Assembly (NCBI RefSeq): GCF_030028105.1
Contig: NC_092370.1
Span: 198,816,005 to 198,880,004, forward strand
Reading direction: 5' to 3'
Origin: Mobula birostris
Lineage: Eukaryota
DNA: 64,000 nt
Below are positions 12,084-23,886 of this stretch, one piece after another; position 1 is the first letter of the stretch, and each line of letters opens with the position of its first letter. Both the position numbers and the translations under genes were made by a program. The notes beneath the pieces were generated by a model, which was not told the DNA's origin, made no database searches, and saw only the letters and a list, made by a program, of their open reading frames with translations.

Positions 12084-14468
12084 AGTAGAAAGTGAGATTA
12101 AGTGGGATAACAGTTTCCATGGACATATGCGTTGAATCGCCTCCTTCTGGGATTCCATGATTCTATCTTTTATTTCTTCTTTACGTTTCTTTTTACATCA
12201 CATGAAGTGATGGCTGATTCTAAAGCCATTCATAACAGGCATTGCATTGTGAGATACCAATGTTCAAATTGGTCACTCAGTAATGGCGACTGACAGCCAC
12301 TATGAACACACTAGGGATGAGAATTGCAATTGTCATATAAATAAAGATGTTAATTAGCAAGGATAATTCAGAGTTCAGTTCATAATTTCTTGCAATTCTA
12401 GCTTCTCTTTTTCAGCTTACACTGTCATTCGAAATTCCTTAGTTTAATTACAGGCTTGTAGTTACATCACAAAAACATATTATCCCTTATGTTAATTACT
12501 TTTCCTACCTGGCAAGTTTCTACCGATCATTCTTAGGAAAAAATGGCACAACTCAAAAATTTGAGGGCACCAGGCTTGGGTTCTGGGAGAAATGGTTAAG
12601 TCTTCATTGCAACAATCCAGTCAGTAGTATGTATACAGTTCTTTGGCTTCTTACCTGTTGGGGAGTGGGAGATTAAGTTTTATTGACAACATTTAAAGGC
12701 AATCAACATCTCTGAACAAGAAGATTCACTCACCCAATGAAACTTGAAAAAGAAATCAACGTAGTCTAGACCAAGCTCTCAAGTCCTCTTAATGGCTAAG
12801 TAGGATGAAAGGGTCATGAATTCTACCAGGAAACCTTGCATGGAATACTTGATGCCAACTCAGTGGACTTGCTAGAAGATGCCGCATATTGATAAGGAGC
12901 ATTGAAAACATGAATTCAGTTCATGGAACCCAGGAAAAGCCTGATCTACAGCTGAAGCACTGTTTTGTCTTTCTCCATGTCGTAAACAATCAGAAATGAA
13001 GACACAACTCCATGTGGGTCAGAAAGATTGTGTGAAGTCCCAAATTAAGTTATGAGTATCAGGCATTGAGATGTCATTAATATACTTCCTGTAGCATTAA
13101 GATAAATGGCAATGGTGACTTTGCCAGCTGTACACAGTACTGCTCATGCCTTGGTTTGTATTATGGTTGCACCTTCGCTGGTAGATTTGATAAAGTGAAG
13201 ATGCCTCGGCTGTTGCACCTCAGCAAACTTCAGCTTGGAGAAGACTTCCCTGAAGCAGATACAGATTTGAACTTCTACACATTGCTCTCATCCTCCTTCT
13301 CTCAGACAACTTCTGTTCTGTTCTGTGTCTTTGGGTCCTTTTCCTCATTATCCAGCCCAAAAGGCAAACCTTATAGACCACGCAGGATTGCAGTAATACC
13401 ATTTGGAAGCATCAAAAACTCCTCAGAGCTCAGATATAAGCCACAGTGGCAACAAAATGTGTTAGAAAATCACATACTGAAGTTAACTGACAACTTCAAC
13501 TGACAAATTAGTAACCAACCTGTGAGTAGCGGATGAACTGCTTAAAATATTGTGGTAGATTCCTGGCTGTGTGTTTAAGTTATTATATGAAGAGTCATCA
13601 CTTGAGCAGCCCAACTTCCCCTACAAAAATTCATAATTTTATCTAAATATTTGAAATGTCATGTGGAATAATCCCATTATGCTTCCTGAACACCTACAGA
13701 TGAGATTGATTTCAGATACTGGGTGATGCATATCTAGCAGAGAATCAATGCATTGACTAGGTGCTTAGGTACCAATGCTAGACTGGTTAGTTGGAACCAT
13801 ATTCTCAACCAATGTCGCTAATGCTTTTGAATGCTTTTTGTATTTGCATTTCTCTGTGTATCCCAAGGCACAAGTCTATTTTGCCACTGATGCTCCCACT
13901 GTGTAAACAAACATTGCAGAGTCTCAATATGATAAGTTTGATTCCACTGTGACTTATCCTTTACATGCTGCTGTGGTATTTAAATACTGCAGGTAGTGAT
14001 AACAAATTCCAAGGAAAGCAAACAGGATGTCATATGACAAATATGACTCAAATCTCCAATTACTTGGAAACAAAAAAAATTGCTGCTGTCAGTTACTACA
14101 ATTAATGTGGAACCTCTGCAATGTAATTATCTAAATTAGTCAAAATATATCAGGTGATGCACTGCAAAACTTCTTGAAATAAAGTATATTTTCTGGATAT
14201 ATTTACACAATAGCTGTGACTGAAATTATGTATTGAAATAAAGGTTCTGTATGTGAAGTTGGATTTTGGATGAACGAGATTGTGGTGAATGGCAGAGGAG
14301 GGTGTTTGATGTTCACTTCACTAACAGTTGCCCACAAAAGTTTCAGGTTTCGAGCAGAGACAGATCTGACGTCCTCTGATCCATTGTTGCTTGCTACCAG
14401 AACTAAGGTGCATGTGTAAGCATATAGGTATGTGTGCATGTGAATGTGTCTATGCATTTGCATATGTG

Positions 14469-14471
<3 letters not shown>

Positions 14472-14500
<29 letters not shown>
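14472..14500. repeat. (GT)n microsatellite
   Basis: Direct TG dinucleotide run. Confidence 0.95.
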
Positions 14501-14502
<2 letters not shown>

Positions 14503-14699
14503 TAAAAGAGAATAGATAAAGCAATATACAGACTCTTCAACCAATTTTCATTAGGTATATAAGTGAAACACAATAGAAGTTTATATATGTAGATTCTCAT
14601 TAGTTACACAGAGGCAAAATTATAAATTAGATTTAAATCATGCGTGTAATCTGAAAACCTGACCAATATGCACTATTTGCACAATTGTTTCTTCCAGTG

Positions 14700-14975
14700 C
14701 AAATTCTGAGCTAATGCAACTTTTTCATAATGCATTCTCAATCACTTGCCGATAGGCTGGTCCTGGACTTATTTCATAATTTACTGGCATAATTTACATA
14801 TTACTATTTAACTGTTTATTACTATTTTTCTATTACTATTTATTATTTCCATGACTATTACTATTTCCTATTTACTAATAGTAGTATTACTATTACTATT
14901 TATTATTTATGGTGCAACTGTAACGAAAACCAATTTCCCCCGGGATCAATAAAGTATGACTATGACTATGACTAT
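14700..14975 (+). mobile_element. LINE 3' end (Rex1/Babar-like) with (ATGACT)n tail
   Basis: AATTTCCCCCGGGATCAATAAAGT followed by ATGACT repeats; internal TTACTA low-complexity tract. Confidence 0.6.
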
Positions 14976-15843
14976 CAGTACAGCAGGTCACCAATTATAT
15001 TATTTGAGTAAGGATGACCAGATGAACACCCTGCTTCCTGGTATAGCCAATGAAATATAAAATCATTATTTTCTTGATTGCTATTGAATCCACTTCTCAG
15101 TTCTGTGCTGGAACTGGAACACTGAAGAGAATTTAATATTTGAATACTGAACCTTTTATTGTCTATAACAACAGCCTGTTTTGCTTCGTATTCAATGGAA
15201 AGTAGAACTGGCCACGCCATAAGATTGGCAACTCTTCTGTCACAGTAATATTTAAAATCTACCTAGAGTATGGTTCTCAGTGCAAATTACACGTTAAGTA
15301 GTTAGTTGGAGATTGAGCACACAATAAGGTATAAATTACGGGGAAATGTTTACGTAACTCAAAAATCTTTCAGGATTATTTGGATAATAGGTGAAAAATA
15401 TATATAAGTTATTATATTTGTTGGGACAGACAAAAGAAGTATTCCTTTTCCTGACACACTCAATTACTGAACCTGCATTCTCATTACATTGATGGGATAA
15501 AATACCAAAATGTAAATGATCTGTTACCCATGAGATTTTTAGAGAATTATGAAGGTGGTATAACATGAAGAAACATCTTTCAGTCCTTTATTTCATTATG
15601 TTAGTCTGGAGCAATTGTAAGCACAAGTTTCCACAATCCAGTCACAATCAACAGATACAAAATCAACAATTTCATAGCACATATAAACGGACAAGGTTTT
15701 ACAACAATTTATCTCTCAGAATGTTTGATTTTGTCAACAATTCCATAGGAGTTTTGTAAGATATAGCAATTCTCTCAGGCACTGCCTGAGTCAGTGGTGG
15801 AGGCAGATACATTAGTGAAGTTTAAGAGACTACTAGACAGGTA

Positions 15844-16472
15844 GATTTGAGTACAGGAGCAGGGAGGTACTACTGCAGTTGTACAGGGCCTTGGTGAGAC
15901 CACACCTGGAGTATTGTGTGCAGTTTTGGTCCCCTAATCTGAGGAAAGACATCCTTGCCATAGAGGGAGTACAAAGAAGGTTCACCAGATTGATTCCTGG
16001 GATGGCAGGACTTTCATATGAAGAAAGACTGGATGAACTGGGCTTGTACTCGTTGGAATTTAGAAGATTGAGAGGGGATCTGATTGAAACGTATAAAATC
16101 CTAAAGGGATTGGACAGGCTAGATGCAGGAAGATTGTTCCCGATGTTGGGGAAGTCCAGAATGAGGGGTCACAGTCTGAGGCTAAAGGGGAAGCCTTTTA
16201 GGACCGAGATTAGGAAAAACTTCTTCACCCAGAGATTGGTGAATCTGTGGAATTCTCTGCCACAGGAAACAGTTGAGGCCAGTACATTGGCTATATTTAA
16301 GAGGGAGTTAGATATGGTCCTTGTGGCTATGGGGATCAGGGGGTATGGAGGGAAGGCTGGTGCAGGGTTCTGAGTTGGATGATCAGCCATGATCATAATA
16401 AATGGCGGTGCAGGCTCGAAGGGCCGAATGGCCTACTCCTGCACCTATTTTCTATGTTTCTATGTTTCTATG
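15844..16472 (+). mobile_element. Young, 5'-truncated CR1 LINE 3' end nested in an older CR1 tail (15770-15843, 16473-16585)
   Basis: Uninterrupted ORF YRALVRPHLEYCVQFWSP...VQRRFTRLIPG...RLRGDLIETYKIL...FFTQRLVNLWNSLP; 3' UTR ends in (TTTCTATG)n. Confidence 0.92.
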
Positions 16473-16654
16473 TATATGGAGGAATTTAAGGTGGGGGCTT
16501 ATATGGGAGGCAGGGTTTGAGGGTCGGCACAACATTGTGGGCTGAAGGGCCTGTACTGTGCTGTACTATTCTATGTTCTATGTTCTCTCAGTCAACACAC
16601 CTCGGAAATCAAGTAAAATTCAAACATATTGAACATTCTTTATTTACCATGTGG

Positions 16655-17615
16655 AACATAGAAACATAGAAAACCTGCAGCACAATGTAGGCCCTTCGGT
16701 CCACAATGCTGTGCCGAACATGTCCTTACCCGAGAAATTACCTAGGATTACTAATAGCCCTCTATTTTTCTAAGCTCCATGTACCTATCCAGGAGTCCTT
16801 TAAAAGGCCTTATCATATCCGCCTCCACCACTATCACTGGCAGCCCATTCATGCAGTCACCACTCTCTGCGTAAAAAACTTACCCCTGACATCTCCTCTG
16901 TACCTACTCCCAAGCACTTTAAAACTGTGTTCTCTCATTTTAGCCATTTCAGCCCCAAGAAGAAGCCTTTGACTATCCACACAATCAATGCCTCTCATCA
17001 TCTTTTACTCCATAAGACAAAGGAGCAGAAATCGGCCATTCGGCCCATTGAGTCTGCTCTGCCATTTTATCATGAGCTGATCCATCAGGTCACTTGTCTC
17101 CGTCGCTCCAAGGAAAAAAGGCCAAGTTCATTCAACTTATTCTCATAAGGTATGCTCCCCAATCTGGCAACATCCTTGTAAATCTCCTCTGCACCCTTTC
17201 TATAGTTTCTACATCCTTGTGAGGTGACCAGATCTGAGCACATTACCCCGAGTGGGGTCTGAGCAGGGTCCTATATAGTTGTAACATTGCCTGTTGGCTC
17301 TTGAACTCAATCCCACAGATGATGAAGGCCAATACACCGTATGCCTTCTTAACCACACAGTCAACCTGCGCAGCAGCTTTGAGTGTCCTATGGACTCGGA
17401 CCCCAAGATCCCTCTGATCCTCCACACTGCCAAGAGTCTGACCATTAATACTATATTCTGCCATCATATTTGACCTACCAAAATGAACCACTTCACACAT
17501 ATCTGGTTGAACTCCATCTGCCACCTCCCAGCCCAGTTTTGCATCCTATCAATGTCCCGCTGTAACCTCTGACAGCCTGCCACACTATCCACAACACCCC
17601 CAACCTTCGTGTCAT
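16655..17615 (-). mobile_element. CR1 LINE 3' portion, with a short second CR1 tail inserted at ~17005-17085
   Basis: (CATAGAAA)n tail at 16655; minus translation CEVVHFGRSN...QRDLGVRVHRTLK...LQLYRTLLRPH. Confidence 0.88.
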
Positions 17616-18699
17616 GATGGACATTTTACCATCCTATTTTTACTTACTGTCCAATTTCTTCCACCTACAACAAAAATCATCAGATTTTTCAATTGTATTG
17701 ATAACGGCACAGAGGTCTCTTACAGCAAAAAGTCATTTAAAATATACTGCAGGACAGTTCAAGTGAATCATTTTATCTAGCATTGTCCACCAAGGAATTA
17801 TATTTAACAAATGTTAGCCCTGATTAGATTCATATCAAGGTTGATGAATGAGTAATGCAAAATACTGTAAGAAACAGTTGGAACCAAGATTGGTTATTAG
17901 GTAAAATTTTAAAATTTAAAACCTCTTCACTTCATCCCCATCTCTGAATCACTGTGGAGGCGCCTTTTGTATTTCAGGAACATGCACAAGCATGTCATTC
18001 ATTAAATTAGTGTTTATGGAAGCTCTTCAGGTGTGCAGGATGATATTTCATCAAGCAAGAATTTGTTGCTGATGGATCCTAACCAGCTAAACTCGGTCAC
18101 AGCCTCTGAGACATAATTGTTGATTTTGAAGGAGGGGATCCTGAGTCTGGGCAATGGTTTTGATCAGACTCATGGAGAACCACATGTTCTGACACACATG
18201 GGAAAATGGGCTGATGAGGTGCTGTAGGTGTTCCCCTCAAGCTTTATATTTTTCACAACATCAACAAGGAGAATATTTTTGAAAAGGACTGTTCACACTT
18301 TTGGTTTTGCCCTGAGCCTGGTAGGGTTAAATAGTTTTCCACCTGTCCTTGTGAAGTGGTAAATTCCAATGGTGTGTTGAGTAAGGGCTCCAGGTTTGGA
18401 GCAAGGTTGTAACCTGACTGCTCTTCATACGTTGCTCTGCCGTTTTGAATGGCAGGACTTGATGACAGCAAAAAGCTCTGGAACAGGGCTATTATAAATC
18501 TTTCCAGCATTGAGCATACTGTGTCTGTATTCAGATCAAGGCATATAACCGCAATGCACAGCAGTTTTGCATGTTCTCTGAATTTCTCCTATATTTGCTA
18601 TGAGGAAAGATTCCATCAAGATTTCATTGCCTTCAAATTGCAACAGATTAAGGCAAATAAGCAGGTTAACAAAGAAGGAGCTGGACATCTCATCTGATC

Positions 18700-19270
18700 C
18701 AGAATCAGAATCAGAATCAGAATCAGGTTTATTATCATCGGCATGTGACATGAAATTTGTTAACTTAGCAGCAGCAGTTCAATGCATTACATATCTAGAA
18801 GAGAGAAAAAAAACTAATAATAATCAACAAGTAAATCAATTACGTGTTTTGAATAGGTTTTAAAAAAAGTGCAAAAACAGAAATAACTGTATACTTTTAA
18901 GAAAAGTGAGGTAGTGTCCAAAGCTTCAATGTCCATTTAGGAATCGGATGGCAGAGGGGAAGAAGCTGTTCCTGAATCACTGAGTGTGTGCCTTCAGGCT
19001 TCTGTATCTCCTACCTGATGGTAACAGTGAGAAAAGGACATGCCCTGGGTGCTAGAGGTCCTTAATAATGGACGCTGCCTTTCTGAGACACTGCTTCCTA
19101 AAGACATCCTGGGTACTTTGTAGGCTAGTGCCCAAGATGGAGCTGACTAGATTTACAACCTTCTGCAGCTTCTTTTGGTCCTGTACAGTAGCCCCTCCAT
19201 ACCAGACAGTGATGCAGCCTGTCAGAATGCTGTCCACGGTACAACTATAGAAGTTTTTGAGACATGACAT
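18700..19270 (-). mobile_element. Rex1/Babar LINE 3' fragment with (TCTGAT)n tail
   Basis: (AGAATC)n at 18701-18726; translation NFYSCTVDSILTGCITVWYG...LQKVV...CLRKAASIIKD. Confidence 0.85.
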
Positions 19271-19862
19271 GAAATTAACAGAAATAAGAACTTATTGCTT
19301 CAGAAAATTGCAATGCTGCCCCAGTAGCCCATATGTCACTTGTTGGGCAACATATTTCTAATGTAGGTATGTAGGAAATAATGGGGGAAGTTTTAACCCT
19401 AGAATCAGGTAAGCTCAGAACCAGGAACAAGAGGGCACCATATGCTAAAGAGACAGTAAGTCTGAAACCTGACACCAACTCACACTGATTCCTGTATTTT
19501 ATCCAGCCTCCTCAGGAAATCTCATTGGGAGAACCAGGCTGGTGAGTTCATTCAGGTAATCACTCATTAAATGCAATATTAACAAAAGGTTGGGACTTTA
19601 ATGGAATGTGCACAGATTTCCCAAGCTTCTAGCAAAACTAAATCTAGAACACAGCCGCAATGGTTAGGAATTGAAAGGTTTTGAAATCCCCATCTCTGAA
19701 TGGTTAGGAATTGAAAGGCAAATTTGCCCATAAATTCTGCAACCTCACAATTGCTTTCTTGAAAGATTCTATGAAAATGCATCACTGGCAGATTATTTAA
19801 CAAATATTAGAATTTTCCATAAGTTCATGAACAATGGCGCTCACTCTCCTGGCTAGAAATGC

Positions 19863-20056
19863 AATAAACGCAAGGGATTCTGCAGATCACCACACACAAA
19901 ATGCTGGAGGAACTCTGTAAGTCAGACAGCATTTATGGAAATGAGTAGATAGTTGCTGGATGCTGGAAGTCCAGAGTAATACGTACAAGGTGCAGATCAG
20001 GCAGCGTCTATGAAAAGGAATAAACAGACAACGTTTTGGGTTGAGACTCTTCATCT
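19863..20056 (-). mobile_element. Two tandem Penelope-type terminal-repeat fragments
   Basis: ACACACAAAATGCTGGAGGAACTC...GCAGCGTCTATG...ACAACGTTTTGGGTTGAGACTCTTCATC contains a decayed hammerhead on the minus strand. Confidence 0.65.
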
Positions 20057-21918
20057 TGCATTTCATGACTTTCATTTACCACAAAATTTTGGGCAATGTT
20101 CATGGAACGATTCTGTAGATCAAAAGGAGGAGAATAATGACCAAGAGCCTCAAAAACCACAGAAGTTATTTGCACCACACTGGATTTAAAAACAAACAAG
20201 TTTTTATAACATGTCGAAACATTAATGTCTCAGGAGGCTCGGAGAGTTGCTGCATACTGGAGCAAAACTGTTGCCTGCTAGTCTTAGTGATCTTGAACCC
20301 ATAAAATTTCATGCTTGTAATATCCCTTTAGATAGAGTAGCTGAAGATAAATTAGATGAGTCCCCATGATGCTGACTCGGTCAAATTGTTCAAAATTCCT
20401 AGAAATGGTACATTAATACCGTGTATGTGTCAAAGTAGCTCTGAGAAACATGCTGTACAAGATTTCAAATCTACTACCTTTTATTGGGCACTCTCCCAGG
20501 GAATTGTATAGCAGCTGAAAAATTAAAGACCTCATAGGAATAACAAATATGCATAAGTCATTTTATGTCTTGAAGAAAGGTGACTGGACCTAGGAATTCC
20601 ATCATATTTTTAATGAATAAAAGCAAAATTGCTTTTCATATGTCAAAAACAGGATCACTCAATAATTATAAGAAACATGGATTGATATCTGCTTCATTTT
20701 AACAGCTTTAGCCAGACACAGCTGTATCAAGTGTAGTATTATAACCTGGCATCACGGTCTCACTAAAAAACAGGGCATTTACGAATATCTTATATATTTT
20801 CTTCAAAACATTTGCTAGTTTAGTACATATGATCTAGTTTAGCTTGTAAATCAAAAGTTGTTTGGTCTGTGAAAAGTAATTTTTCCATATTACTTTATCT
20901 GTATTATGAGTATAAATCTACATCAGGGCTTGAACTGAATATCTCAAAGATAGCTCAACCTGTACCATTCTCTGACGTGCAATCAATCCAGTTCTATATC
21001 CATCTGCTGTGCAATGAGAAGATGTGTACAGGTCAAAAATAGATTTAAATGGAGTAATATTAAATATGTAAAAGTAACCCTATTTAATCCAAAATCATCA
21101 TTTCTGGCAACTTTCCAGTAAATACCGTGAACAGGATACTTTTCAAAATGGTGAATCAAACACTTCTGCCTGATAATGGTTATGCATTTGCAACTTGCCA
21201 TATTAGGGCATCGGTAGTCCATTTCAGAAAATAAGTGCTTTAAGGTTGGATCACTGAACTATGGGTTGGTTGCAAGAGGGTAGTATTGTCTGCATTTGAG
21301 GTAGTGCACACCAGATCTGAAACATGTTCCCAATGTCTTAAACACAATAGCTTGTCACAATTTCTTAAGCTGCTCCTGTGACAGTGGATGGAACTGGAGC
21401 TTAATCTAATTGAAGTAAAACACAATTAAATTGATGATGGGGAACTAACTGCTAATTAACAATATTCATTATCGAGATTAATGCAATCACTACAAAACTT
21501 GTAACTGAAATCATATCAATCTGGCAATTTGATGTTTCAGATTTCTCAATATGACCATTTGCCTTATAGATTCTATTGTCACTAGATGCACCATTATAAT
21601 CAACAGACAGATGCTTATCTCTAAAAGAGCATTTTATCTAACCCTACTAAGCTGTTATCTGATTATTTAGGAGTGATATTCTTCCTGTGTACTCCCAGAG
21701 TGAGAAATGAAAGACTGTTCAAGTCATTAGATCTATTCTCAGCAGAGGCTAAGAAAGATTTTAACCAGAAAATATTCCAGAATACCAATCTTCTTTGCAC
21801 TTATATCATCTTTCTTGACTCGCAGGTCCACATTATATTGGACAAGATACCAGATTTGAGCTTTTCCTGCATTTGGGGCAATATATCTAAAGTTTACGTT
21901 TGCCGATGTGTCTGATTA

Positions 21919-21954
21919 GGTCCTGATGAAGGGTCTCAGCCTGAAACGTTGACT
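21919..21954 (+). ncRNA. Minimal type I hammerhead ribozyme motif
   Basis: GGUC-CUGAUGA-AGG(GUCUCAG)CCU-GAAA-C-GUU-GACU: intact CUGANGA and GAAA cores, 3-bp stem II, palindromic ACGU in place of stem III, stem I GGUC/GACU. Confidence 0.7.
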
Positions 21955-22053
21955 GCTTATTCCCATCTAGAGATGCTGCCTGACCTGCTCAGTTCCCCCA
22001 GCACATTGTGTATATTGCTTCAGATTTCCAGCATCTGTGGTACCTCTTGTGTC
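21923..22053 (+). mobile_element. Short Penelope-derived insertion flanked by a 12-bp direct repeat
   Basis: TCTGATTAGGTC at 21911-21922 and 22054-22065; body homologous to the Penelope terminal repeat at 38217-38316. Confidence 0.8.
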
Positions 22054-22599
22054 TCTGATTAGGTCATGCCTTCTATGGTTGAGTAGCACTCACAAAGCAA
22101 AATATGCTCTCATTATCTAACTATCGGCACCCACTTTGAAAAGGATTTCATCAAATAATTAACCTTAATTCACTTTTCTGATTTGCACATCAGGAGAGAA
22201 TGTTGTATTTGTGGAGTATTCATATAACCGTTTTTAAAAGTACCTGCCATGGTCGACAGCCAACGCACCAAGTATGTGCACAGAGAGGCTTGGGGCATTA
22301 TCAGGCCCCACGAAACACGGGGAGGTCCAACTGTGTCCTTGAACATGACTCTGCATGGAGCTAAGCTTCCAACCCTTTCCTGCATGCAAGTGGTAACCCA
22401 ATTATCATAATTGTTTCTTGTTGAGATCTTCTCTTCTGTTGGGCATCTTCACCAATACAGACTTGTCTTCATGTAGCACTTACTGTGCTGCTAGAGGAGA
22501 AGCCACACCTGTCTTTCCATCTCTCCCACCAGCTGCATGTTGTGAAGCTCTCCCAGCAGTCAGGGGTTTTAAACAGTCTTTTCAGGCAACGAACTGACT

Positions 22600-22835
22600 C
22601 ACTTGCCTTTCAATGTACTGCATTTGCTTCTCACAATGTGGTCTCCTCCACCTTGGGATTGTTCACAAGAAAGACACCAAGCTTGCTTGCCATATTAATT
22701 CCTCATTCCAATCCCATTCTGGTTTGTCTGTCTTTGCTTTCTGCTATTGTTCTAATGAAGCTCACCATGGTTGGAAAACCATGGACACTTTACAGCCTTC
22801 TGAACTTGGCACTGCATTCAACTATATCTAGGAAA
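22600..22835 (+). mobile_element. Highly degenerate Penelope GIY-YIG endonuclease remnant
   Basis: YCICFSQCGLLHLG...ACHINSSFQSHSGLSVF...YCSNEA...LQPSELGTAFN parallels the ORF at 41381-41650. Confidence 0.55.
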
Positions 22836-23138
22836 CATTAGTTCCAGGTTTTGCATTTATCATTTTGAGTTTATGCAACTTTTTCCCCTCTGGTAATTTC
22901 AGATAAAGGGAATCACCTGATAATCTGTTTTTACTATATTGATTAGTGTCAATTATTGGGCAGGGCACCAAAGAGAAATCCTATACTTTTCCTCACATTG
23001 CATCCACTGATTCCAAAGAGACTGGATCCCAGTTCATCATCTCATCAGGAAGGCGGAACCTCTGCTACTGAAAGCTCACCATCAGTACCTTCGTGTCTCG
23101 AGAATAGACATGGAATTCTTGAGTGTGCTGAGGCTATT

Positions 23139-23201
23139 ACAAGGCTTGATAAGACTATTGCAAGCCCTGATAAGACCATTGCAAGCCCTGATAAGACTAT
23201 T
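23139..23201. repeat. 21-bp tandem repeat, 3 copies
   Basis: (GCAAGCCCTGATAAGAC(T/C)ATT)x3, first copy diverged; sits in a probable LINE remnant. Confidence 0.85.
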
Positions 23202-23332
23202 TCAATTGTGTGGAATGCATTGTATTTCAATAAGACCACAAGGAATCAGATGGAAGTGGTGCTATTACAAGGCCAGATTTTCTAACCATGTCCCCCAAAC
23301 ACAAAGCCTCAAAGACAATCATTAGTAGTATA

Positions 23333-23886
23333 TACTCAGGGGCCAATTTATTAGGTACCTACTGTATTACTACTGTAGGTACCTAATTAATTGGCCACTG
23401 AGTGTATACTCGCGCTTTTTGCTGCTGTAAACCATTCACTTTAATGTTGATGTATTGTATGTTCAGAGATGCTCTTCTGCACCTCACTGTTGTAATTCAT
23501 GGTTATTTGAGCCATCCTGTCAGCTTGAACTAATCTGGCCATTTTCCTTTGATCTCTCTTATTAACAAGGTGCTTTCACCCACAGAACCGCTGCTCACTG
23601 GATGGGTTTTGGTTTTTTTTTGCACTATTTTTGTAAACTCTAGAGACTGTTGTGTGAAAATCCCAAGAGATCAGCATTTTCCGAGATATTCAAATCACCC
23701 TGTCTGGCACCATGGTCAAAGTCATTTAGATCTCATTTCTTTTGCCCCATTCTGAGGTTTGCTATGAGCATCAACTGAGCCTCTTGACCATGTCTGCATG
23801 TTTTTATGCATTGAGTTGCTGCCACGATTGACTGATTAGATATCTGCATTAATGAACAGGTGTACCTATTAAAGTGGCCACTGAGT
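23333..23886. mobile_element. Tc1/mariner-derived non-autonomous element
   Basis: TIR (CACTCAGTGGCCACTTTATTAGGTAC) at both ends plus an extra internal right TIR ending at 23404; TA at the left end; homologous to 63054-63592. Confidence 0.8.

Noticed and set aside
13156-13503. 115-aa ORF
   Set aside because: Non-ATG start, no recognisable domain and no convincing splice sites
15879-16373. Functional host gene (intact 164-aa ORF)
   Set aside because: 5'-truncated CR1 RT end with a CR1 tail; openness reflects recent insertion
18400-18700. Harbinger-like motif IEHTVSVFRSR
   Set aside because: Too short and unsupported by other transposase motifs
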